Below, one piece after another: positions 17,736-26,888 of a stretch of DNA of 63,327 nt. Where the stretch lies: the IMG/VR virus record IMGVR_UViG_3300037311_000078, positions 1-63,327 of that record. One strand, 5' to 3'. The notes beneath the pieces are model-generated. The model did no database searches. It saw nothing but the letters and a program-made list of their open reading frames with translations, and had not been told where the DNA came from. Made by a program: the position numbers and the translations under genes. This stretch comes from a virus. Its lineage: Duplodnaviria > Caudoviricetes. Positions within the stretch are counted from its first letter, which is position 1, and each line of letters opens with the position of its first letter.

Positions 17736-19448
17736 ATGATACGTGCAAAATTTTCCATAGAACTGCACCGCAATCCACCGGTGCTTCACCTGACCGAGAG
17801 GGGTAGTGTGTATCAGATTCGCTTGAATGATGGCAGCACATCCATGATGATAGGCGATATCCCCGTTCCTGTTCAGGGGTGCCCATTCCCAAGCGAGCTT
17901 GCACGTGCGCGGTTCTGGGCATTCCTACATCGAAACTTCAACAACCTGGTGACAACCTTTGCAATCGTATTGTCATTGGTCATGCTTCATGTTTTGTTGA
18001 TGATCACATACCCGGGTGAAATGATCGGCGCTACGGTATCTGTATTCTCATTCTGGATGAATGCAGCACTTGTTGTAACCGGATCAGCCGCGTTGATCGC
18101 ATGGACAGTGCGAAGATTCTGGGGTGGTGTAACAATCAAATTCGGTGTTGATGAAGAAATGCAACTGCTGACGGCCGGAAGTATCAATATCGCCCCGGAT
18201 GTGTTGATCGCGTCTGAATCACTCGATGAATCGCCGGAAAGCTTCGAAGGTCGCATGCGGTCGGCGTTTGAAGAAACGACCGGCACGCAGAAATGGGTAC
18301 TCGTCGTCCCGCGCGGCCAATGGAAATTCATGGTCATCAAGAATTCAGATTTGCCAGACGCCAAACCAATGTATTCTGAGTTTCTGCGCAGCGCCCCATT
18401 CGATCCTATGCCATTCGGTGAATTGGAGATCGCACGAGATTCAAACCTGTACACCAAAGAATCGTATGGCAGTTACCTAGAGTACCTGCGTCACCTCACT
18501 GATGAATACCGCATTTGGTCTGAGGCTGCCAAGCAAGGCGCCGTGGATCCATTTGCATCAATCGCCAACGCTATGAAAAAAGCAATGAACACCATCACCC
18601 TACTCTTGATGTTTACCCTGAGCATGAGCGCCCAGAAAACAACCCAGCTGGCAGCATACCTTGGCGATCGCGCAACGATCTCCGCACCGGAAGCTGGCAA
18701 GCAGGTTGACTTCGTATTCGAGCGCCGGGAAATATCAGTTCGCGCAAACGGAAAGGCCAACTATATCGACCTGATACAGTCGGTACCATTTTTCTCAGAT
18801 GCTGATGACGCCGGGAGGCTGCTCCTGGTAAAGGTGGATGGCCAGAAGATATTGCCGAAAGACCCGGCAAAAGCAGTTGAGCCAAAGGCTGAATTGAAAA
18901 CAGAAAAGATCGGAGATGGATCGGTATCAGAGGTTCCTGTTGACCTGAATAGCAGCATGTTTGACCAGATACCAGATTCTGCGGCATTTCAGAAGATGAA
19001 GTACGCAGACCTGGCCGACAAGCGCCGGCAATGGGCAAAGGTTGAACCGATGGTAGATTACTACATGTGGAAGTTCTATCTATGGCTCCCACTTCTTGCC
19101 GTAATATTCGCATACTTCTGGTGGGTAGCATCATTGGGCAGCGCCGAAAGCGTGGATGATCTATTAGGGCATGCCGTGGTAGGTAACATAATCCTTAAAT
19201 CATACGTGATCAGCAAAGCAATGCTGTTTGTATTGCTTATCCTGATCGGGGCGGTATTCTCCCTCCAATGGGGAGTTACCTACTACTACACCTACGACGT
19301 CTCGTTTTGGATGCTGGTTCGTATCGCATTAATTGCATGGCTGTCGTACCAGGTAAGCAAGAAGGTGCTGCCTAACCTGAAACGGGATACTCCTGCAGGA
19401 GGTGTAGTTTACAATGGACGATACAATAACCGTCAATTACCTGGATAA
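17736..19448 (+). CDS. polytopic membrane protein of unknown function (570 aa)
   Basis: 2 N-proximal TMs, a central hydrophobic segment, about 3 C-terminal TMs. Confidence 0.75.
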   Translation: MIRAKFSIELHRNPPVLHLTERGSVYQIRLNDGSTSMMIGDIPVPVQGCPFPSELARARFWAFLHRNFNNLVTTFAIVLSLVMLHVLLMITYPGEMIGATVSVFSFWMNAALVVTGSAALIAWTVRRFWGGVTIKFGVDEEMQLLTAGSINIAPDVLIASESLDESPESFEGRMRSAFEETTGTQKWVLVVPRGQWKFMVIKNSDLPDAKPMYSEFLRSAPFDPMPFGELEIARDSNLYTKESYGSYLEYLRHLTDEYRIWSEAAKQGAVDPFASIANAMKKAMNTITLLLMFTLSMSAQKTTQLAAYLGDRATISAPEAGKQVDFVFERREISVRANGKANYIDLIQSVPFFSDADDAGRLLLVKVDGQKILPKDPAKAVEPKAELKTEKIGDGSVSEVPVDLNSSMFDQIPDSAAFQKMKYADLADKRRQWAKVEPMVDYYMWKFYLWLPLLAVIFAYFWWVASLGSAESVDDLLGHAVVGNIILKSYVISKAMLFVLLILIGAVFSLQWGVTYYYTYDVSFWMLVRIALIAWLSYQVSKKVLPNLKRDTPAGGVVYNGRYNNRQLPG

Positions 19449-19936
19449 TGAATCTCGAAAAGTTTTTTGAAAAAATCGGCCTTGAGTGGACGTACATCGT
19501 TGGAAGCCCGCAATATCCGTGGCGCTTCAAGGTAGGGCGTTCTACATCGTTCAGCGTACGCGCACGAGACATCGCGCGTACAATGTCGAGGGAGGCTGGC
19601 ATAGATGTGAGAGTAGTACCGTTTTTTAAATTACCGATGTTCTGGGCAGGCCGGAGTGAACGAGCCATTCACACATGGCCAATGTTTCGCTACTTCAAAG
19701 CGAACATGCCCGGGAGCGGATGTACTGAGTGGGCTTGGGTTCTGAATCCTTATGTTGGAACCCTCGCCTACTCTTTTTGCACATACCACGGTATCGAGTG
19801 CGCAACTTGGGTAGGTGCTATTGTTTTTGTAGCGCCGCTGGCTTTCGATTTTGCATTCATCTTAATCACTATCGCCATGCTCCAGTACGGGTTCGTTGGT
19901 GTAATTATCTACGCAATATGGAACACCTTTTGCTGA
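19448..19936 (+). CDS. T5orf172/GIY-YIG-like domain with C-terminal TM helices
   Basis: TYIV..FKVGRS....R, ERAIH, GSGCTEW; hydrophobic C-terminus. Confidence 0.6.
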   Translation: MNLEKFFEKIGLEWTYIVGSPQYPWRFKVGRSTSFSVRARDIARTMSREAGIDVRVVPFFKLPMFWAGRSERAIHTWPMFRYFKANMPGSGCTEWAWVLNPYVGTLAYSFCTYHGIECATWVGAIVFVAPLAFDFAFILITIAMLQYGFVGVIIYAIWNTFC

Positions 19937-20052
19937 TAAAACATACATTCGCAGACGTGCCGACGCATGCTATCCTGATAAACCTTGCCATCTTTGCTGC
20001 AATATTCCTTATCATAAGAACAAAATACACCAGTGAACAAAAGCCACGTTGA
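19918..20052 (+). CDS. small single-TM protein (44 aa)
   Basis: ATG at 19918; AILINLAIFAAIFLII; bridges the flanking genes. Confidence 0.5.
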   Translation: MEHLLLIKHTFADVPTHAILINLAIFAAIFLIIRTKYTSEQKPR

Positions 20053-20947
20053 TATTGCACAGGTAATCCTCACCGATGACAGCCTACTTGGTTTCCTCGC
20101 ATGGGCACTGGTGGCTGCGATGTTGCTGCAGGTGCTCAAGCTCACCGGCGCGATCGGTAGCGGTATCGGCTGGGTATGGCGCAACCGTGGCACGGTATTA
20201 CTTCGCCCTTCGTGGCCAATGTTCCTGTCAGTTTCTGCCATCGGCCTTTGCGCCTGGATGTTTCGTTACCAGCTTAACGATCAAATTCAGTACATCGAGC
20301 AGGTGTATTTACGCCCGGTGTACATGAACAACGATACCAGCTATTGGGCTTTGTCCATGTATGAAACCGAACTCAAGCGCCATGTGAGCGAATCGGAGTT
20401 TCAGATTGTAAAGCAGGAGACTGATCGCCTGGCGCACGAGCTTCAAAGCTCACCACTTGCGCTATATGAGGTATGCTATTCTGAATGCGGACTGGATCCA
20501 TTCGCGTGCAACGTGGATGATCGCACAGGAGATACCGTGGCCGTTGGGTGGATACAATTTACGCGTGCTGGAATCAAACAGGTATCTGTGCAGGGGAAGC
20601 AGATAACATGGCCACAGGTAAAGTCCTGGGTGAAGTCACGTAATTTGTCCGCCATGATGGAAGCTACCAGGTCATATATGACAGGCCGGGCAAATGGCCG
20701 CGCATTACCGACATCCACAGAAATTTACATTGCCGTGTTTGCCCCTGCATTTGTTGGGTACGGAGACGATAAAACGCTGTATTCAATCAGCAGTTGGCCG
20801 GCAGCTTACTACGATAATAAAGGGCTGGATGGATATGGCCTCGTAAATGGAAAGATCGTTAAAGGTGCTGCATTTATGGACGGTAAGATCACCGTTCAGG
20901 ATATGCGATTGCACCTTGCTCTCAAAAAATCACTGTTTCTCGCATGA
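20033..20947 (+). CDS. membrane-anchored lytic transglycosylase (lysozyme-like fold)
   Basis: 2 N-terminal TMs; YSECGLDP.A.N, AVGWIQFT, IYIAVFAP, YYDNKGLD, DGKIT. Confidence 0.75.
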   Translation: MNKSHVDIAQVILTDDSLLGFLAWALVAAMLLQVLKLTGAIGSGIGWVWRNRGTVLLRPSWPMFLSVSAIGLCAWMFRYQLNDQIQYIEQVYLRPVYMNNDTSYWALSMYETELKRHVSESEFQIVKQETDRLAHELQSSPLALYEVCYSECGLDPFACNVDDRTGDTVAVGWIQFTRAGIKQVSVQGKQITWPQVKSWVKSRNLSAMMEATRSYMTGRANGRALPTSTEIYIAVFAPAFVGYGDDKTLYSISSWPAAYYDNKGLDGYGLVNGKIVKGAAFMDGKITVQDMRLHLALKKSLFLA

Positions 20948-21246
20948 AAATTATTCTTATCTTCATAGCCGGGTATATCGCCCGGCACATTATCGGCATA
21001 CTATTCAACCGGGTTTTCAGGAAACCAAGCGCCACCCAGGTAGAGGTTACAATGGATGATATTCAGGATTCGGTAATATCCTACGACCGTGGGAAAAACT
21101 GGTTCGTCCGAACGAAAGACGGCGTTTTTGTAAAAGTTGGCTATAACTCAATTCAATCAATACTCGATTTCTATGAGAATCAAAATAAAACAGGCGCTGA
21201 TCACACATCCGCTGACGCGGCCAGCAATCAGGACAGTAAACGGTAA
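20944..21246 (+). CDS. small protein with N-terminal membrane anchor
   Basis: MKIILIFIAGYIA; ATGA-coupled. Confidence 0.55.
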   Translation: MKIILIFIAGYIARHIIGILFNRVFRKPSATQVEVTMDDIQDSVISYDRGKNWFVRTKDGVFVKVGYNSIQSILDFYENQNKTGADHTSADAASNQDSKR

Positions 21247-21946
21247 GCACTACAAACTGCGCGCGGTCCGCGCAATTATTTCCCATTGGACGGCCAATAC
21301 CAACCGTGGCGCCAACGCGATGGCCAATCGTAATTACTTCAACAACGGATCGCCCGGGCCCGGTGGAACGTTCAGAGCGGCCAGCGCTCACTACTGCGTG
21401 GACAGCAACGAGATCGTGCAGTGCCTACCTGATGACGAGGTTGGTTTCCACATCGGAGGATCTCGCTACTATGAATCTGGGCGCCGTATCATGGCCGGTT
21501 ATAAAAGTTTGACGCCAAATTATTTCGCCATAGGTTTTGAGATGTGCGTCAACAGCGATGGCGATTGGAACAAAACATATCAGTCCAGCGCAAAGCTGGC
21601 AGCATATCTGTTGTTCAAGCACAAGTTGACAATCAATGATCTGCTACGTCATTACGACATCACCGGCAAGGATTGCCCGAAAATGATGATCGCAGAGAAT
21701 GAATGGCAGAAATTCAAAGACACGGTATCTGAACATCTCGCTATTTTGAATAAGGTTTGTTTCCACGCAAGAGTTGGCGCATCAAATCTGAATGCCCGAT
21801 CTGGACCAGGTACACAACACCAGGTCGTCAGGGTTTTAAATCAGGGCGAACCTGTTGTATGTTATCCTGGTGCATCAACAAACGGTTGGGTTCCTATCGG
21901 CGAAAACGAATTTGTCAACTCTAAATATCTCATTTATGAAATGTAA
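21173..21946 (+). CDS. N-acetylmuramoyl-L-alanine amidase (Amidase_2) with SH3b domain; endolysin
   Basis: IISHWTAN, ASAHYCVD, IGFEMC, RHYDITGKDCP; LNARSGPGT. Confidence 0.92.
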   Translation: MRIKIKQALITHPLTRPAIRTVNGKHYKLRAVRAIISHWTANTNRGANAMANRNYFNNGSPGPGGTFRAASAHYCVDSNEIVQCLPDDEVGFHIGGSRYYESGRRIMAGYKSLTPNYFAIGFEMCVNSDGDWNKTYQSSAKLAAYLLFKHKLTINDLLRHYDITGKDCPKMMIAENEWQKFKDTVSEHLAILNKVCFHARVGASNLNARSGPGTQHQVVRVLNQGEPVVCYPGASTNGWVPIGENEFVNSKYLIYEM

Positions 21947-22268
21947 AATCGAAGCCATTGCCGCGTTGACGTTGGAACCGAAGGAAGGTGGATCCACGTT
22001 GACGCGGACAGAATTCGCCCTTGAATTGTCAGACAATATGATACGGTCTGAATACATGGACGAGAGTGGAAAGCCGACAAAGCTCGGCGTTCATGCCATC
22101 ACATCCTGTTTTATCCAGGGACTTTTGGGAAGTATCCACTATGCGCACCAGAACGGCATGCGCGATAGCGCTGAACACCTGCGGTACATCATCTCAGAAT
22201 TGGAGCGCGGGTTCGTTAGACCGGTAGAAATCGAACATGGAAAGTTTAATCCGCTTCACAATGGATAA
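21936..22268 (+). CDS. hypothetical protein
   Basis: overlapping operon ORF. Confidence 0.6.
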   Translation: MKCKIEAIAALTLEPKEGGSTLTRTEFALELSDNMIRSEYMDESGKPTKLGVHAITSCFIQGLLGSIHYAHQNGMRDSAEHLRYIISELERGFVRPVEIEHGKFNPLHNG

Positions 22269-22509
22269 AGCAATCGCCACAGACTTTTTCAAAAAAGGGA
22301 TGATTGTTGTCAATCCACGTTATATCCCTGAATATGACAATCATCCAAATGTTGAGCAGGCCTGGATGCTTTGCATTATTGACGACATAGTTCCACATCG
22401 ACAACGTAAAAGGTTAGTCGCATACAAGTTAAGGACAATAAAATCGGGGTTTTATATATCCAGCGTATCGCTCGATGACCTTTTAGAATCAAATCGGTTT
22501 CTTATTTAG
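22261..22509 (+). CDS. hypothetical protein
   Basis: overlapping operon ORF. Confidence 0.5.
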   Translation: MDKAIATDFFKKGMIVVNPRYIPEYDNHPNVEQAWMLCIIDDIVPHRQRKRLVAYKLRTIKSGFYISSVSLDDLLESNRFLI

Positions 22510-22557
22510 CACAATTTTTGCAACATCATTTCATCACATCAAAATTTCATCTGCAAC

Positions 22558-22911
22558 ATGAAAAACATCCTCATCCTCATCCTGCTCGCCACCGCCTTTC
22601 AAAGCTCTTGCCAAAGTGCCAGCGCCGAGCCATCCCAGTTCAAACAGGTCACGACCGCCGCCAATGTATCCATCGGCACCGAATCCGTTTGGGCCTATTA
22701 CCCGGCCGCCGAGTTCGTAATTTCCTACTGCGGGGAGGCGAATTTTGAAATTGAGAACCACTCGAATATCTTTGAGGCTCAAATCACTCAAACCGAACCA
22801 GGAATCTGGTTTGCGAAGTCTCCCGATGGCGACTACATCAAGATCAATTCGATCACAGGTGTAACCAATATGGAGATCAACGGCGAATTCCGGTGCTTCG
22901 TTAAAAATTAA
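22558..22911 (+). CDS. secreted or lipoprotein hypothetical
   Basis: signal peptide MKNILILILLATAFQSSC. Confidence 0.6.
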   Translation: MKNILILILLATAFQSSCQSASAEPSQFKQVTTAANVSIGTESVWAYYPAAEFVISYCGEANFEIENHSNIFEAQITQTEPGIWFAKSPDGDYIKINSITGVTNMEINGEFRCFVKN

Positions 22912-22913
22912 CC

Positions 22914-23135
22914 ATGGAACTGCCTGCATTCCATCCGAACTCAACCCCAACACCTGATCGGTGGTCAGGACAAATGGTGTACAAGGGTGTCAACGCAACC
23001 ATCAACTTCGTACCATACGCTGCACTACTGATGTTCGCAGTGTTCAAATACGAAGGGGATAACTGCCAGACATTGTACGACGGATCGGACGAGTGCATGG
23101 CAGTTTCAATTTTCAACCAACACTGCTCAACATGA
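22914..23135 (+). CDS. hypothetical protein
   Basis: operon packing. Confidence 0.5.
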   Translation: MELPAFHPNSTPTPDRWSGQMVYKGVNATINFVPYAALLMFAVFKYEGDNCQTLYDGSDECMAVSIFNQHCST

Positions 23136-23701
23136 GACATCTGATTATCCTCCTCCTGGCGTTTATCGCCACCACCACAACCCTCGTTTCCCAGGAACCC
23201 ACATTCATCGAATTCACCATCGAATCAGTCCACGACGGAGACACCTGGGTAGCCAAAGACGCCGCTGGCAACAAATTTACGTGCCGTCCTATCGGCTACG
23301 ATGCACCCGAAGTTCGCAGCAACATCATCCTGGAAACCCAGCCATACGGCCGAATATCCGGTGACACGCTCAGGAGACTTATCAAAGGCAAAAAAATCCT
23401 GCTCGATACCACAGCGCTGACAATCAAGGATCACCGCGACGTTTATGGCAGGTTACTCGTAGAACCATATTTCGCTGACAGCTCATCCATTGCCCTATTC
23501 ATGATAAAGAACGGGTACGGATGGTACGCATATACAGCCAACCGAAGGTTTCCCAAAATGAACACCATCCTGAAAGATGCCCACCGTACCGCCCGAGCTG
23601 ATAATATTGGGCTATGGGCCGGTTATCTGGATGCCAAAGGCAAAAAGCGATATGCAGAAGCTCCTTGGACCTGGCGAAAGAAATACTCATTGAGAGAGTA
23701 A
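23132..23701 (+). CDS. thermonuclease (SNase-like) with signal peptide
   Basis: VHDGDT, R.IGYDAPE, QPYG, DVYGRLL, GLW, PW.WR. Confidence 0.92.
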   Translation: MRHLIILLLAFIATTTTLVSQEPTFIEFTIESVHDGDTWVAKDAAGNKFTCRPIGYDAPEVRSNIILETQPYGRISGDTLRRLIKGKKILLDTTALTIKDHRDVYGRLLVEPYFADSSSIALFMIKNGYGWYAYTANRRFPKMNTILKDAHRTARADNIGLWAGYLDAKGKKRYAEAPWTWRKKYSLRE

Positions 23702-23818
23702 AGACGCATCGAAGTGCAAATTTTTCCATTCATGATAGAACGCGACGGCAGCAATTGTCGGCGCGTTTTTTGTAGCATTCAGTACCTTCGTACATTCATT
23801 ACCAAAATCACACACAGA

Positions 23819-24469
23819 ATGAGAAATCAAATCCTCTTTTCCCTGGCATTTTTTGCCCTCATCTTCCAGGCCAGCGCCCAGAAGGTCTATTACAAATTCC
23901 CGGTCGACTACACCAAGCAGGAACCCACCCACACCGTCACCCTGCCCAGCTCCAAAGACAACAAACTAAAGTTCTACGGGAACAACCTGTACCTGTACGA
24001 CAATGTCGACCTTACCTACAGGAAGGTTTCCAAAGTCCCGTTCTACGCGGAGATGAGCATTTCAAACGACACATCAACCGTGACGTTCGCCGCAACTACA
24101 CCCACCGTACTGCAAGACCTGACGGCCGGCCCTATCTCCGGGTTCACCATGATCAGCGATTCACTACTCAGGTACGACGGCAATGAAAGCGGCGTATTCC
24201 GCGTAAGCTATTCGGCAAGCCTGTCATTCACTGAAGCGGCGAACATCCTGAATGGATATGTCCAGGTCAACGGCGTAGAGGTAACACGTTCGAGATTCCG
24301 ACAGACAGCAACCACCGCGAACACGGAGCGCATCAATATCGCCGGGTCTTTCCTTACCACACTCACCCCCGATGCCCTACTGAGGTTTATACTGGTGCCA
24401 TCCACCCATACAGGAAGCGACGACATTCTGGTATATCAGTTCAACCTAAACATCGTGCAGCTCAAATAG
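23819..24469 (+). CDS. signal-peptide protein with beta-sandwich-like C-terminus
   Basis: MRNQILFSLAFFALIFQASA|Q; G.FRVSYS..VQVNG pattern. Confidence 0.6.
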   Translation: MRNQILFSLAFFALIFQASAQKVYYKFPVDYTKQEPTHTVTLPSSKDNKLKFYGNNLYLYDNVDLTYRKVSKVPFYAEMSISNDTSTVTFAATTPTVLQDLTAGPISGFTMISDSLLRYDGNESGVFRVSYSASLSFTEAANILNGYVQVNGVEVTRSRFRQTATTANTERINIAGSFLTTLTPDALLRFILVPSTHTGSDDILVYQFNLNIVQLK

Positions 24470-24504
24470 GGGCATGCCACGACCTACATAAGAGACAATT
24501 TAGA

Positions 24505-24537
24505 ACGAGCAGACGTCAATGTCGGCTCGTTTTTTGT
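24505..24537 (+). terminator. intrinsic terminator
   Basis: ACGAGC..GCTCGT hairpin plus T-run. Confidence 0.6.
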
Positions 24538-24592
24538 TGCCCTGACAGTTGTACATTTGCACCCAGCGACATCTGTAAATATCTGATCGAAA

Positions 24593-25129
24593 ATGGCTAA
24601 AGCAAAATCATCTGACACGCCCCGTGGTAATCCCAAAAACAAGACTGGTGGCAACCCGCATCAGTTCAAGAAGGGGTACGACCCACGCCGAAACTATGTG
24701 GGCGCTCCGCCTAAACCTACGCGCCTGGCGTTGCTGGAAAAGGCATTCGGTAATAAGATCGAACCTGAGTTCGAGAAGAAGTCCACCATTGAGATACTTC
24801 GATACCTGTGCGAGATCACGCCGGCAGAACTACGCGCCCTTTCAGAGCGCGATGATATTGCGGCATTCGTGATTGCCTATGCAAAGCGGATCGTCCACGC
24901 CATAGACCACAATGACACCGTGGTATTGGAGGAGATATACAACCGCGCGTATGGCAAGCCGACATCTAAGCTGGCATTCACCGACGCCTCTGGAGACGAT
25001 AAGGACGGCGGCATATTCATTTTCCTGCCAGACAATCAGCGCGGTGATGCCAAAGATATTCCAACCGAACAAAGTTCTGTTCAGCCCCCTATGGATAAAA
25101 AGGAAGTCAAGCCCAAGAAAACCAAATAG
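24593..25129 (+). CDS. terS: terminase small subunit
   Basis: directly upstream of TerL; FKKG.DPRRN..G.P, RAYGKP, IFLPDNQR; TACATTTG at 24552. Confidence 0.75.
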   Translation: MAKAKSSDTPRGNPKNKTGGNPHQFKKGYDPRRNYVGAPPKPTRLALLEKAFGNKIEPEFEKKSTIEILRYLCEITPAELRALSERDDIAAFVIAYAKRIVHAIDHNDTVVLEEIYNRAYGKPTSKLAFTDASGDDKDGGIFIFLPDNQRGDAKDIPTEQSSVQPPMDKKEVKPKKTK

Positions 25130-25138
25130 AATTCTGAA

Positions 25139-26605
25139 ATGGACATTCGCCCGCAGGCTGGTTTCCAGCACAAGTTTCTCGCGTCACCCGCAGACATAGT
25201 GATTGGTGGCGGCGCTGCGGGCGCTGGGAAGTCATACGCGCTTCTCCTGGAGAACTTACGCCACGTCCGAAATGGGAAGTTTGGTTCGGTAAACTTCCGG
25301 CGCACAATGCCCCAAGTGCGCAACGAGGGCGGCCTATGGGATACATCAACGCAGATATATCTCGGTTTGCCCAACGCTTTGCGTCCGCGTCCACTGGAAC
25401 ACAGCGCTATGTGGGCGTTTCCTTCCGGTGCCAGGGTGAAGTTCAGCCACATGCAGTACGAGAAAGACATGTACAGCTGGCAGGGTTCACAGGTTCCATT
25501 GATCGGATTTGACGAGCTGACACACTTCCTGTCCGCGCAGTTCTGGTACATGCTCACCCGTAACCGTTCCACCTGCGGAGTGAAGCCATACGTCCGCGCC
25601 ACGACAAACCCACAAAGCTACGGGTGGGTCAAAGACCTGATTCAGTGGTGGATATACCCAGACAACTACCCTGACGAGAAGCTGCGAGGATATCCGATAC
25701 CAGAACGCGATGCGGCCGTTCGCTATATGACCAGGTACAAGAAGCGGATACTATGGGGCGACACTCCTGAGCAAGTGATAACACAGTTGCCGCCTGATCA
25801 GCAGAAGGAATGGGATAAGGATTCGATAAAAAGCCTTTCGTTCATCGGAGGCACGATGGTTGACAACCCGGAGCTTTTGCTGAAGGACCCATCGTACAAG
25901 GCAAACCTGCTCGCCCAGGATGAGGAGACCGCCCTGCAACTATTGAAAGGGTGCTGGTATTCGTCGGCCGGCGACAACGAACTATTCAGCGACAATGCCC
26001 TGCGGGATATGTTCACTAATGACTTCGTGCCAGGCGGCGATAGATATATGACGGCTGACATTGCCATGGAGGGAAGTGATCTGTTCGTGATCGTGATATG
26101 GAGCGGTTGGCGTGCTGAGCACATCTACACAATGTCGAAGTCTGACGGCCGCATGGTGTTGGAGAAAATGCAGCAGATGGCGAAGAAGCACGGCATACCA
26201 GGCAGCAACATCGCATTCGATAGCGCCGGTGTCGGCAACTTCCTGCGGGGCTGGATGAAAAACTCCATTGACTTCCGTGGAGGCGACCCCGCAGAACCAG
26301 AGGACAAGGTGAAGCTGATGTACAAGAACTTGAAAACGCAGTGTGCCTACATATTCTCACGAAAGATGAAAGAGTGCGAGGTGTATGTTGCGATTGATAA
26401 TGAGGATAATCAGGACCGTGTGCTGGAGGAGTTCAAGGCTCACAAGAAGAAAGGGCTTGATACACAGAACAAATTGACGATGAGCGATAAAGACGAGGTG
26501 AAGTCGGAGATTGGATATTCGCCTGATTACTTTGATGCGTTCACGATGAGGGCTGTTTTCGACATTAAAAAAAGAACACGCAAAAGAAGCACAACTACAA
26601 AATGA
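25139..26605 (+). CDS. terL: terminase large subunit
   Basis: PQAGFQ, GGAAGAGKS, FDELTHF, ATTNP, DIAMEGSD, DSAGVG, SPDYFDA. Confidence 0.95.
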   Translation: MDIRPQAGFQHKFLASPADIVIGGGAAGAGKSYALLLENLRHVRNGKFGSVNFRRTMPQVRNEGGLWDTSTQIYLGLPNALRPRPLEHSAMWAFPSGARVKFSHMQYEKDMYSWQGSQVPLIGFDELTHFLSAQFWYMLTRNRSTCGVKPYVRATTNPQSYGWVKDLIQWWIYPDNYPDEKLRGYPIPERDAAVRYMTRYKKRILWGDTPEQVITQLPPDQQKEWDKDSIKSLSFIGGTMVDNPELLLKDPSYKANLLAQDEETALQLLKGCWYSSAGDNELFSDNALRDMFTNDFVPGGDRYMTADIAMEGSDLFVIVIWSGWRAEHIYTMSKSDGRMVLEKMQQMAKKHGIPGSNIAFDSAGVGNFLRGWMKNSIDFRGGDPAEPEDKVKLMYKNLKTQCAYIFSRKMKECEVYVAIDNEDNQDRVLEEFKAHKKKGLDTQNKLTMSDKDEVKSEIGYSPDYFDAFTMRAVFDIKKRTRKRSTTTK

Positions 26606-26710
26606 TTGTACATTTGTTCGGTTAACAATTTGGTGAGCGGGGTTTCTTTAGTCGGTTTCCCCGATCGGATAAATGTTCAAGTCCACGCGCCCCTAAAGCG
26701 GGGCGCACAT

Positions 26711-26787
26711 GGATCAGTAGCCGCGGTGGCGCATGTGTTATAGTTGAGATCTTTCGCACATGCAGGGTTCGATTCCCAATTGGTCCA
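26711..26787 (+). ncRNA. degenerate tRNA-like element
   Basis: acceptor GGATCAG/TTGGTCC, mini D-arm, 7-bp GCATGTG/CACATGC arm with 19-nt loop, GGG-TTCGATT-CCC T-arm. Confidence 0.5.
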
Positions 26788-26815
26788 CGTTTTCATTTGG
26801 TTTTTTGGGGTTAGG

Positions 26816-26847
26816 GCCTCGGCGCTGTATTGCGTCGGGGCTTTTTT
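26816..26847 (+). terminator. intrinsic terminator
   Basis: GCCTCGGCGC/GCGTCGGGGC hairpin plus T6. Confidence 0.7.
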
Positions 26848-26888
26848 AATTGTATTGATTACATTTGCCACAACAAAACTGCAACATA

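Noticed and set aside
26711-26787. Canonical tRNA or tmRNA
   Set aside because: No 7-nt anticodon loop, short T-stem, no G3:U70 pair or tag ORF; kept only as tRNA-like.
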